Below are positions 23,544 to 34,972 of a stretch of DNA of 64,000 bases, one piece after another. Location: NCBI GenBank assembly GCA_029953675.1, contig JAMWBK010000003.1, positions 3,038,001 through 3,102,000 on the forward strand, in the 5' to 3' direction. Within the stretch, counting starts at the first letter, position 1. Each line of letters begins with the position of its first letter. The notes beneath the pieces are model-generated. The model was given only the letters and a program-made list of their open reading frames with translations. It was not told where the DNA came from and searched no databases. This stretch comes from Rhodosorus marinus CCMP1338. Lineage: Eukaryota; Plantae; Rhodophyta. A program made the translations under genes and the position numbers.

Positions 23544-24284
23544 TCCCGCGGACGGCTTGAATAGTCTGTATGAGTGCAACACCAACCATTCTGACCCAAA
23601 CGCTGTCCGTCGCTCTGCTGGTCGCTTCAAAATTCCGCGTAATCCTTAGAAGGTTGATTCTGACTGGGCGGCAGCAGCAGCGGCAGCGGCTGCACCACCA
23701 AAGGAAAACGAAAAGTAGGAACCCTCTTCCGTGGCGACATAGCACGGCGCAAATCTGAGACTGAGCGGCGTCGAACAGATGCCCACGTTTAGTAGTTACA
23801 AGCGACTCTTGGCCGTTTCTATGAGTTAGTTCGAATTATTGAGATACGGCAACGACTACCAGTCTAGCGATTTCACCTAGGTTTCCCAGTCCCTCCATAG
23901 ACAGTGATAGTTAAAGAAGGTGTGACATCAGCGTCTAGGTATGTTTTTAGTTGTCTACCATATACCAATCTGCGGGCAGTGCTTATTCTCATTCCTATCC
24001 TCAGCTATCCCCACGGGCACGCCAAACCCTGAAGCACTCATGAACGAGTAGGCTCTCTCTTTTTCAGATTTTTTTTTCTGTTAATTGACACGGCGTAAAA
24101 TGAAAAGCCGGAGGAACCTTTGCCTTTGCCAACTGTCAGCACGCGGATCTCTAATGTGGGCAGATAGGTGTGGAGTTCTGGTAAGCCTTATTATACCGTT
24201 CTTCGATCCGGCCTGGTATGCCGGCGCCGTCTGCCTTTCCTGATCACCTACCCTTAAAGCAGGATGAAACTCCTCTGCTTGATA

Positions 24285-24415
24285 TGTTGGGATCTTGGGC
24301 TTGGGATAGCCAGTGATAGGATCGGATCGACTGGGGGTTTGGTTGCACAGTAGTCAGCTTTGACTAGAGTGAATTGTAGTGGCAATTATTAATAGCCGTT
24401 GCTAAGATCCCAACA
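24285..24415. mobile_element. 131-bp segment with 12-bp terminal inverted repeats (possible solo LTR or MITE)
   Basis: TGTTGGGATCTT...AAGATCCCAACA, with TG...CA ends. It lies in sequence absent from copy A. No target-site duplication is visible. Confidence 0.3.
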
Positions 24416-24607
24416 AGTACGCTATCGAATGAAGGGGGTTTGATCCTGCAAAACAATCAAACGGTCAACAAACCTAACTAACTCCGTGTAGTTGCGTGGG
24501 ACTGTCAATGAAAAGCCTTGGGACGAAAGGTGGAGGCGGGTGTGGAGTCTGACTGAATCGAGTATAAGGGTAGCTCCCCCTACGATCGTATCAGATATAT
24601 GGTCGTT

Positions 24608-25503
24608 ATGAAGATGAAGGTATCTAGTGTAACAGTTTATGCGTCTTCAAGTTCTCGGATCCATGGGGACTACTTTGAAGCAGCTGAGCGTTTGGGTAGA
24701 GTGAGTGGTGCATAGTGACAGACTTTTGTCTACATAGGTTCTCGTGATGGCTGAGAGGATGCTCTCGTTTGGTTCTATTTGTTTCCTGCTCTTGCTGGCC
24801 CAATGCCGATCGTGGTTGTGTCGAATAGCTTATCGCTGAGAAGAAGTGGAGACAAGTGAATGGTGGTGGCAAAACGGGGTTGATGGGCGCATCGACAAAG
24901 GGTGGAGTGGAAGCGAATGGAGTTGTTGATGCGGTCATTCTCGACATTTTCACTGATGCCAATATGCACTCTAGGTTGAACTCAGTTCAAGTTGAGGATA
25001 GAATGTACAAGCGAAAACTTGGCCTTTTTGAAGCTGGAGATGCGTTCATTGCTCTGCCGGGAGGTGAGAAAGGCTAATGGTCAAGACCGGATGTAGTTTA
25101 CGTGTTGATTGTGGATGGTGTTCGGTGAACGGGTTCTGCTAGGTCTGGGGACGTTCGACGAGGTGATGGAGGTACTCTCTCTAAGACAACTAGATATACA
25201 CTCAAAACCTGTTGCTCTGGTGAACACAAGAGGATACTTCGGCAGGTTCGAGGAGCTCATTCGGCACTCTATTGAAGAGGGATTCGTGCACCAGAAGATG
25301 TTGTCAGATATTGCAGTCGTGGACACGCCAGAAGTAAGGGACACCGTCACCGATATATCGAGTTAGAACCTGGTAATGACCTGAGCAACCCTGTCTAATC
25401 GAAACAGAAAGCGATCGAGTTCGTTGAAAACTACAAACCCGTTGAGAAGAACAAGGAGGAAATCTGGTCCGGTGATATGGGACGCGAGGTAGGGGAAAGA
25501 TGA
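24608..25503 (+). CDS. LOG: LOG-family phosphoribohydrolase (cytokinin-activating/lysine decarboxylase-like fold), intact, 4 exons, 204 aa
   Basis: Exons 24608-24700, 24829-25063, 25143-25333 and 25408-25503 splice in frame. Motifs VTVYASSS, GGGKTGLMG, MYKRK, DAFIALPGGLGTFDE and KPVALVNTRGYF. Confidence 0.93.
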
Positions 25504-25728
25504 TCCGGCGGACGGCTTGGATAGTCTGTATGAGTGCAACACCAACCATTCTGACCCAACCCCATCCTTCGCTCTGCTGGTCGCTTCAAAATTCCGCGTA
25601 ATCCTTAGAAGGTTGATTCTGACTGGGCGGCAGCAGCAGCGGCAGCGGCTGCACCACCAAAGGAAAACGAAAAGTAGGAACCCGCGTCCGCGGCGACATA
25701 TAGCACGGCGCAAAATCTGAGCCTGAGC

Positions 25729-25848
25729 GGCCTCGGACACTTGAGTGAATGTGTTTAGCAATTACAAGCGACTCTTGGCCGTTTCTGAGAGGCCTCGGAC
25801 ACTTGAGTGAATATGTTTAGTAGTTACAAGCGACTCTTGGCCGTTTCT
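25729..25848. repeat. 62-bp direct tandem duplication
   Basis: GGCCTCGGACACTTGAGTGAAT.TGTTTAG.A.TTACAAGCGACTCTTGGCCGTTTCT starts at 25729 and 25791. Copy A has only one such segment. Confidence 0.9.
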
Positions 25849-25884
25849 ATGAGTTAGTTTGAATTGTTGAGCATACGGCAACGA

Positions 25885-28688
25885 CTACCAGTCCAGTGAT
25901 TTCACCGAGGTTTCCCAATGATCATCTTCGCGGGTTTCCCAGCGATCATCTTTGCTCGCTTCGATAGCAACGTGATCGCCCTCTCCTACTGGTGGAATTC
26001 TCAAGTCCGCCCGGTCTAGGAAGCTGTGGAAAGGCTCATCAGGTCTTCCTGATGAAGGCGAGGCGTACCCCAACAAGTCTGGCAGTCTTGTCTCTCTTAG
26101 GTCGTATTTTGCTGCCACGTCCTCGAATTGAAGCATATCCAACTCCTCGTTGAAGTGCTTCTTCCAAACGAGTTCTAGACTAGGAATGCCGACGTCGATA
26201 ATAGACCAAATCCGCTGAGGTGACGAAGAAATAAAATGCCCGAGGAAACATGGGAGGCAAGAGTCAAGTCAGTTCCTTAGAAGTCCTTTGGCGAAAGAGT
26301 TACTGTTGCGCAGTGTTCAGTTACCACAAAGATCTCCATACACCGCTCTCTCTGGACAGTCTCGGAGAATGCTTTCGAATCGACGAAGAACTTCGCTGCG
26401 GTATTCAAGAACTTCATCGACGGCGGGATCTTAGCTTGAACCATTCGCTGGATCAGTACCGGGATATCTCCGTAATTTCCTGTTCTCAACAACAGAAATA
26501 GCACTCCCTCAAAGGCGCGCTCTGAAAGACGCGCTGTCTCGTGTCGAATCAAATCGTCAAAGGCCGTCAGCGTCAGAGCCGAGAAATCCGTCCTATTCGA
26601 CTTTGCAGCGGCGAAGACCTATTCGTTGGACCACAACGAAAATACAATCAGCACGGAAACCAAAAAAACTAAAGTTCAGCCGTCAAACTTGTTGTCTGCA
26701 CAGCCCACCTTTGCTGCCCATGCGACATCAGGAATTCGTTGCTGGCGATAGCTCATCATTGAAAGTCGCTTGACTACTTCATCGTACTTGCCGAGGTCTG
26801 CCAATTGATTTACAAGCAAGACTTGCAGCGAGGTATACTGAAGATCATGGGTAGTTGACTATGCACAAACAAACGTTTTGTTCGTCAGCTCAGCGGCATC
26901 CCCATGAGATGATGATGCATAGACCTGCTTACGATGCACTGAATAAAGGCGTCGACTCTCTTGTAGTTGTTCGGCTCCGATTTGATAAGTCCGCGAGCGT
27001 ACATCTCGATAATATTAAGGTACGGTACTGCTCTCTCAGATGCGTCCATTATCAGACCAAAGTACTTCGTCATACGGTCGACATCACCAAGGTTGCACGT
27101 GGCCATGAACATGGTATGAATTTTGAATCGTGAATTTTCCTCAAGTTTCAGAGGGCTGCGCGGATGCCCGCTTTCGAGCACCGCCTCATGCGAATGAAGA
27201 GCTGACGGTGATAAATCAGAAAGAACCCGACGACAAAACAAAGTGAGCCAAAACCACAACAGGAGCGATGGTGGATTTCCAATAACTTACCCTCGGACTT
27301 GCCCATATAGCTCTCTATTTTAGCAATTTCAATCTGCGATACTCCCCTTAATCTGCCCTCGTCCATGAATCTCTTAACCATTTGGTAGCGTTTCTCGTCT
27401 CCAACTAAAGCTAGGCCTGATAAAACCATTCTGAAACCGTTCCTGTAGTTGTGAGGAAAGCTCTCCTCTGACATCTGCTGTCCCTTTACGAATCCAGCGC
27501 TACGAAAGAAATAGAATACGGAAGAGGGATACGACTAAGCTTCTCAAACGAAGCACTTTTCCTCGTCAACAACGCTGAGTGGGATTGCCAGTTGAAAGAC
27601 AACGAAAGCAAGATCACGAATGTTCATTCATCAAGGCTTGGGGTCGGCCACCAACAGAACACGAGGAGCAATCCCAGACTAACGGACCAGCAAGCGAAAT
27701 CGCTATCACTCTCCAACTTGGGTAAACGAAAAATCATCACAATTTGACTTGTGTCGGATGGGCTTACGTGGTTCGGTTGCTCCACAAAATAGCAAAGTGC
27801 TCGCTCATTTTCTTATGCTGCCCGAGCATACCATAGGCGTGGACCAATCTGCAACGGATTTGCCAAGGAATTCGGTCGTGTCTTCCGTAGTAGCTCTCAA
27901 TAAGCGCATCGACGCTGGCGGTAGCATGCCCAGGTTCCTTCAAAGCAATCTTCAAAATCGCTTCCGATAGTGTACTAATCCAGGGCATAACTTGGCCCCT
28001 AATCCTGAAAAGGTAATGAACAGCGTCGTCTATAAACATCCGGTCAAGCTGGCAAAGGACCCAGTAGTGCACAATGATCCTCGAGGGCCTCAGATCGAAT
28101 TTCTCGATAAGGTTCATCATCGAGTAGAACACCTTGATTCGTTCCGGATAACCTTTGCTATGGTAAAGCACAATTGCCAATCGGTTCATGATATCTAGTT
28201 CAACGACAAGAGGCGCAACGTTAAGGTATGTCAGATGGTGGCCAGCTCGCGTCCCTTGCCGACAGTTCCCGTTTTGAAGGACGCCAAAAACATTTACCAG
28301 TAGTCGGCGGGATGCTTGATATAAACGACGTATCAATGTACTGAGAGCATTCGTGGAAACTAATATCTTTTGCCAGTCTCTCATACTGTCTCTCCGTCGA
28401 TTCAGAGACATCCTCGTGCTCCTCTCCTCTGAGCTCGAACTGCTTGGCCAGGGTTTCATCTAGAAGCGACTTTCTTCTGTTAACTGAATGATAAGATTCG
28501 TACTTGACTCTCTCATCTGGTTCTCTCTTCTCTATCAGCTTCCGCCACTCGTTGTCGCTGCTCACCGCTTCCGATGACTTCTCCTGAGATCCAACATCCA
28601 CAGAACACCATCTCTTCCATACAGCTACAGCACCTCTATCCAGTTCAGATAGAGTCCTTCCGTGCCTCTGGAATCTCGTCAAGCTCAT
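25885..28688 (-). CDS. PPR-like helical repeat protein, multi-exon, probably organellar
   Basis: Chain of minus-strand exons with PPR-like ~35-aa helical units, e.g. RLVHAYGMLGQHKKMSEHF, TCNLGDVDRMTKYFGLIM, LADLGKYDEVVKRLSMM and RTGNYGDIPVLIQRMVQAKIPPS. The apparent frameshift near 28200-28300 is explained by an intron. Confidence 0.7.
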
Positions 28689-29199
28689 CTCGAAGACCCA
28701 GTCTACTCACCTCCCCCAACTCCCAAGCTTCCTGCTCACCACCGTACAGCCCGAACCAGACGCCGCTTATCTGCCGTTCATGCAACCTAAAATATCCATA
28801 TTTAGAAACTATCCTTCAAAATTTTGCCAATATCAGCGATGACGATGCACAGTGGACGGAAAAAGTTCTATTTTATAAACAATATTCTTGTTTTAGAATC
28901 ATTGAGTTGAGAGTCAATTTGAGTCCTGCGTTGTCCGTTTTTCATATTCAGAACGGGGTCTTCCTCTACATACTTATTTCAGGGAGCACTGATCGGGACC
29001 CTGTTTTGTGTCAAGTATTTGTGAACCCCCCAGTCGTGCTGTCCTCGTTGCCGAAGACATTCATCGACCAAGCAGATGCTGCCCAGGTGCGCTGAGACGC
29101 GAGCTGGAAAATTTCTCGGGATGATTTGGATGGCGAGAGCAGAGAAAACTAAAGATGCACGGAATCATCCAAAAAGCACAGAAATCCTCCATTCAAGGC

Positions 29200-29877
29200 G
29201 TGTAATGCCCATCCGTGGAGGTTTGGGTCATGAACCAGCAAAGGTCGTGTGTTAATCACCCATGTTCTAGAGTTTAGCTTGTTCGCGAGACATGCTACTT
29301 GTGCCACGGACCTGTACTTCTGAAGGTGTCAAGTTCACGTCCTTGTGTCTCGGTGCGTCCACTGCTTTTCCTGTAGTTTCGCTGGACGTTCTTTTCGAAG
29401 CCTCGGACATCATGTGTATTTCTCGGCGTAGCGCTGCGAAGTTGAAATTGTCCCACTCGACGATAGCTATGGTTCTTGGCGAGGAATTTTTTGAGCATCT
29501 TGTCCTCGTAGAATAGCTCATGAATCCTCTGCCTATCAGCTTCACCTCAGAGGACCACCGAGGCGCGGTAAATTGCGTCCGTTCAACTTCGGGGACAAGC
29601 AAGTTGAAGTAGAAGTCCCTTACTTGACATAAAAAAGCCATAAACTAAGTCCAAATTTGTATTCAAGGTAGTGCTACATACGCACTACTTGAGCACTAGA
29701 CTCATTGAAGCAGTGCTGCTGATCACAAGTACTGATCGAACTTTGCCAGATGACTGACTTTGTCTGAGCGTTCACAATCCGCTCGGCTAGAAAACTATAT
29801 AAAAAACAACCAATGAATTCCAAAGAAAATAACAATCCATTCAGGACTCCTCCAAAAGCATCCGAAAAACATCCCAA
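29200..29877 (-). CDS. Possible multi-exon gene of unknown function
   Basis: ATG at 29877 (MGCFSDAFGGVLNGLLFSLEF...), several GTAAG/GTGAA donors, and an open segment RIHELFYEDKMLKKFLAKNHSYRRV. Not assembled with confidence. Confidence 0.25.
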
Positions 29878-32190
29878 ATAGAACTAAATCGGGAAATAAA
29901 AAATCATAAGGTGAGTTAAAATTCAGTGCGTCACCGAGGCTCCAGTTTTCCAGTACACTTCATACCCCGTAAAAGTAGAACACAGCGAAACGAAATTGTC
30001 TCTTTAATTTTATTTTAATTGGTTTGATAGAGTTCGATATCCTATTTTCATAACCCCCTGGTTAACCGCCAAAGATATGGGTTGGGTTCACGACCGTGAT
30101 GGTACTCGATATTGAAAATTTTGTTTCTTTCAAGGGGTTGATAATCAGTGATTCATCCTGGAATATGATTGGTTAAAAGACTATCTGCCCATATTTATTT
30201 CCAAGAAACATGTTGTTGTCTATGCGATGATGTGGGTCGATTTTTGAGAGAACTTGAGCACCTCCTGTTGTGGTATGTTCCGGTAGCCCATGTGAAAGGC
30301 TTGCGATTGAATGTCTTCGCTTGGGGTCGATCTTCTATGATCGCAGTGGCATGTTTTTCAGGGGTATCCTTACCTAGAGCGCCAACAGTCATCGATGCGT
30401 TGCTATACCCTCAATGTTTGTGCTTACGGATGCCGTGAACTCCACTACGGAGATCGTGGTGCGTCTGGTGTTCGTTCGCTGGTCGAAGGGTTTGGAAGCT
30501 TTTTACGAGATGAGCTCAGATTTTCCACAACAGTAGTCGCGACCACCGGCCTGGAATGGTCGTATCGAACCAGATCTTGGCTGGCTCTCAACTATAGCCG
30601 TACGCCATTGTTTGACGGAAAAGCCGCTATACCAAGACAGAGAGTAACTCAAAAACACCGAAGTTGCTGAATTCACTAACTACGCAGGTGACGTTTGCTG
30701 TTTATCGGTCCTTGCTTGGCCAACACATCATAGGTTGAGAGTCTCCCGCGGACGTACCACCATACATCGAACACTGACCGTACTACTCAACGAAAAAGAG
30801 TCAGCTCCATCGCGGAAGGCAACATCTGGAAAGCACTCAACGTTCCAGAACAGGCCTTCCATTCCACTCTCTAAAAACTAAATAACACAAAATTTCGGAA
30901 AGCTGGTAAGCATATGATTCCAAACCAACTGTGCAAGACAATAACTCCTACCACCGAAAATATAACGCATTAATCCAACTAGGACTAAAGCATTGGCTGG
31001 AATACCTGATTCCAGGTGTTCTTAATAGAAACTAGGAGTTTGGGTTCGGTTCCGCCTATAATCGAAGGAAGTACAAAAAACCAAAGGTCGAAAATACATA
31101 AAAATTCTGCTGGGACATATTTTGCATCAAATAGTTTTGAAAAACAAGATCACATTCGGGTTTGATTTCTCGGCGAAAACTAATGGCAGAAAGGTGAGCA
31201 ATACATTCTTTTCAAGAACAATTGTTTTTAAACAGAAAGGATTTATTTGTGGTCTTTTTCTTATAAAAACTCAAACGCCGAAATATTTCGAATATAAATG
31301 AAAAAAGATAGTAATAGGTATAAACCAATTGAAGGGAAATTTCATACCTGTTTTTATTGGATGAAGAACGTCTTCCCCATCATTTTTATGGTAATTCACG
31401 CAAACCCCTTTTTTTCTACTTCTCCAATACATTGTTCAGGGGGAGGGCTGAGGCGTAGGAAAGAGTGACTGATCAATCTAATAATGTTTTTAAAAGCTAA
31501 TTCCTAGAATTTGCCGCTTCCGCCTACCCCTCTTCCTGGAAAAAGTACATATTAAAAACTCACCCTTTGCCCAAGTTCTTGTACTAAACAAAGCGAACCA
31601 ACTCCAACCCCCCTTTTCCACTTTGATCCGATATCTATCGGATGAGTCCCTTTATTTGAAATTACAGAAATAAATTCAAGCGTTCCACATCAACCCCGCG
31701 CATTGCTCTCATCACCGCCCCCCCACCCTATTGCCCAAAAAAAAACTCGAAAAGAACGAGCTTTATCACAAAGCTCAAAGCAGCTATTGAGGATCCCAAA
31801 AAGGGCTAACAACCACTCTTTATCAAATTATTATCTAAATAATAAAATTAGTACGTGAATGTATTAGTAGCTTTTTGACGTTTTTTGAAGATCTTTTCAG
31901 GTTTCTATTGATGTGTGTGTATTTTTTTTGGGGTTTGTTTGGAGCGGATGGCCTCAATTACTACTTACATGGAGGAGTTTAGGAGGAGTTACGATAGTGG
32001 AAATGGACATATTATTTAATGGGGTTTTGAGATGTGCTTAGGAACTTTGGTGTGGGAGCAGGGTGCAGTGGAGGTTTTGCTCGGGTGGGAGGATAGTACA
32101 TGTGCATGTATTGCGAGATATTACTAGGAAGGATAGGATAGGTTCTCAGAAGCGCGTGTTGGAAATTTTGCTGTGGATTTTGCTGACGCT

Positions 32191-33024
32191 ATGGTTCAGG
32201 CTGGTGATGACGGCTTGATGGTAGAGCTCTCGCTCTTTGCGAGGGACCTGCCGGAGACAGACAGGTTCAGTTCGAGTGACCCATTTTGTGTTGTGCTATT
32301 GGACAACCCGACAGCACCGATTACCTTGGGGAGGACTGAGACTGTTTGGGATGAGCCTAACCCGGACTTCACGAGGAAGATTGAGATTCCCTACAGAACT
32401 GTGAAGGAGCGGCCTGTGCGTTGCATCATTCAGGTATTTGATAACGATGCTTGGAGAAAGAAGAAGAGCAATGAGGACGCCGTGTCAGCGTCCTACCTGA
32501 AAAAGCAGAACTATATCGGGGAGGCAGCCGTTGATATTGCAAAGCTTGCTGATGGCTTCCCTAACTTTGAAAAAGTGGGCTTGGAAAATGGAATCGGGTC
32601 GATTATTGTTCATGCGCGGAAAAAAGAAAAGTTTGACAAGGCCCAGAAGCATGTTCACGTGCAGCTCTCCCACAACGGGAACATGAAGCAGCGGAAGAAG
32701 TTGTTCGTGACTGTCAGCCGTGAACTCGGGTCTTCCCTGGTCGGGCCTCGATGGACCCCGGTGTGGCGGTCCGAGGTATGTCCAAATAACTCTGGGCTCA
32801 TCGAGTTCGGCTCCTGCTTCATCGATGACTACGAGGGCCTGCGACTTGAACTACACGAGTACAAAAGAAAGGGAGGTCACGTTAATCTAATCAACTGCGC
32901 CATTCCCTGGGGTGACGAGGCTACGAGCGACCTGACCTATTGTCCGGGCAGCGGTATCTCGCAAGGATCTCTTGTCATCGACCAGCAAACTAGCCACACA
33001 GCGAAGTGCAGGTTCATTGTCTAG
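32191..33024 (+). CDS. Copine-like tandem C2-domain protein lacking vWA, intronless
   Basis: VELSLFARDLPETDRFSSSDPFCVV...GRTETVWDEPNPDF...QVFDND...YIGEA (copine C2A-like), followed by a degenerate second C2. Stop at 33024. Confidence 0.85.
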   Translation: MVQAGDDGLMVELSLFARDLPETDRFSSSDPFCVVLLDNPTAPITLGRTETVWDEPNPDFTRKIEIPYRTVKERPVRCIIQVFDNDAWRKKKSNEDAVSASYLKKQNYIGEAAVDIAKLADGFPNFEKVGLENGIGSIIVHARKKEKFDKAQKHVHVQLSHNGNMKQRKKLFVTVSRELGSSLVGPRWTPVWRSEVCPNNSGLIEFGSCFIDDYEGLRLELHEYKRKGGHVNLINCAIPWGDEATSDLTYCPGSGISQGSLVIDQQTSHTAKCRFIV

Positions 33025-33358
33025 GGCATTGGATACTCTCCCATATTGGAGACACCTTATCATATATTTCGACTAGGATTTCAAAACGAAGACGCTGTAC
33101 ATAAAGAAGTTATGCTTGAAAATGACCTTCACGGGACGGCAAAAAGTCCAAAGTGCACTCCATCCAGACCCATCCAAAGGAGCCGAACCTTGTCCACCAC
33201 ACAAGACTCAGACTAGCGCAACATTTGCTTACAAGCCTTCTCCCATGGATTCTTATCGGTGTAAGATCTGAAGAGCTCTCCTGTCACCATATCGCATGCT
33301 TTTATCGAGAGTTCTCCGGCTGTCATAGCGATGATCCACGTTCAAAGAAGAAGAGTAA

Positions 33359-33397
33359 GTGAGTTCCCGACGTGAGTTCCTGACGTGAGTTCCCGAC
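33359..33397. repeat. 13-bp tandem repeat x3
   Basis: GTGAGTTCCCGAC GTGAGTTCCTGAC GTGAGTTCCCGAC. Confidence 0.9.
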
Positions 33398-33630
33398 GTC
33401 GTGATTCAGGCAGTCCCCGAAATTTCAATTCCTTTGATTCAAAAGGACTTTCCTTTTCAAAACGCCTCGAAGCGCTGTGTACATGAAAACAAAAACAAGA
33501 CGCAGCGAAGCAGACCCTGCCATTGCTAGAGTTATAAGGCTTCCGATCAACATCCTTGGGTCCTTGACTAGATGAACGCTGGATTCTGGATTCTCTGCTT
33601 CTGTTACCTAATACGTCGCCTCTCGTCTCG

Positions 33631-34972
33631 TCAGAAACGATTTCTCCAGGTGAGCCGAGTGAAACAGAACCGCAAACTAGAATGAATTCCTAGCGTGGCA
33701 GAGTTTGTCGATGTCATGGAACCCGGCTGAAACACATAGCCGCTGAGTAGACTGCCGTCCTTCTGCAGCTGGATTGGGAACATAAAGTCTGACTCAACCT
33801 GTCGGAGTTTTGAAATACTCAACTCTACGTATCCTTGGAGCGTATGAGCGCCTGATTTTTTGTACGTGAAGAGTTCAATTTTGAGCGCCCTCGAGTCATC
33901 GCAGGCGTTTAGCTGCTCCCGAGTGAGACTGAAGTCCTACAGAAGCGGGAAAGCGTGAATAGCACTTCAGGCACATATATCATGGAGCTACACTATGTGA
34001 AGCGGTCAGTTCAGACGGCTTGTGAAACAACCTGGAACTTAAACTCCTGTCCGGACTTCGCCGGTGCATCCATAGCTCCTGTGCGGTAGATTGGGATCCA
34101 TGGCGGGCCCAACGACGTGGGGTGCTTCACTGACCGCGATAGAATCACAAATATTTTCTTCCTTTTGGGCATTTCGCAGTCCGCTGTGAACCGGAACTCC
34201 ACGAGGTACTGTGCTGACGCGGACCGATCAGCTAGCTCCTCCGCAGTAATTATTGAAGTTCCTGCTTTGGGGTCCGCTTTGAAACTCCGGTTGCTCATCT
34301 TCATGGACAAGAGCTTGTGGTCAACGCTCAAAAGCTGTTTGAACAAATGAAAGTTGCCCAAAGCAGATGTTCAGTATCATTGCCCTTAAGAGATGTTGTT
34401 GACACTGCGCAAGATCCGAAGAGAGAAACGAGCTGTTGGTAGCCTCCTTACCTCGACAACATTAAACATGACTTGACCGATGAAGTCCTGCTTCTTCAAG
34501 TATTCTTTGCTCAACTCCAAGCTCTCCTTAGAATCTTGGTCGTAGTATTGTAGAAGAACCCTCGTGTTCTCTTCGTCGGAGCGCTTCAGAGGAAGGTATA
34601 GCTTCGTCACAAAGTCGGGGTTCAAGTTGTCCCAAATTGTCTCCGTTCGTCCCACCATCCGGAACTGAGACTCGTCAAGAGCCGACTAACACCACGAAAC
34701 CACAAAAACAATAAGACAATGAATAATTCTCAAGCCCACTTAAAACTTGATCACTCTTTCAACAAGCTCTCCTTGAGCACCAGGTCGCGTCCAAAAGACC
34801 AAAACCAGGCTACCGAGCGCAAAAAAGCTTGGGAAGGAATGTTTCGTACCTGATCTCCAACGAACATGACCACGAATGGGTCACTCTTGCTCAAGAAATC
34901 CATGTTTCTCAATTTCCTTCCGTGAAAGGACAGCTCAACCAAGGGGGCACTGCCCTCATCCGGAGCAAGCAT
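33631..34972 (-). CDS. Copine-like tandem C2-domain protein lacking vWA, intron-containing paralogue
   Basis: VELSFHGRKLRNMDFLSKSDPFVV|...VGRTETIWDNLNPDF...YYDQD...YLKKQDFIGQ; KRKKIFVILSRSV...LGPPWIPIYRT; LKIELFTYKKSGAH. Confidence 0.87.

Larger units (their letters stand above)
19898..23888. repeat. Segmental tandem duplication, copy A (rearranged, ~4.0 kb)
   Basis: Begins CCCTCCTTAGACAGTGGTAGTTAAAG, matching 23891. Ends CAACGACTACCAGTCTAGCGATTTCACCTAGGTTTCCCA, matching the end of copy B at 25917. Confidence 0.9.
23891..25917. repeat. Segmental tandem duplication, copy B (~2.0 kb)
   Basis: Same order as copy A: flank, one 170-bp unit (23958-24120), LOG gene, downstream GCA/GCG-rich segment, last codons of the PPR-like gene. 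Confidence 0.9.
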
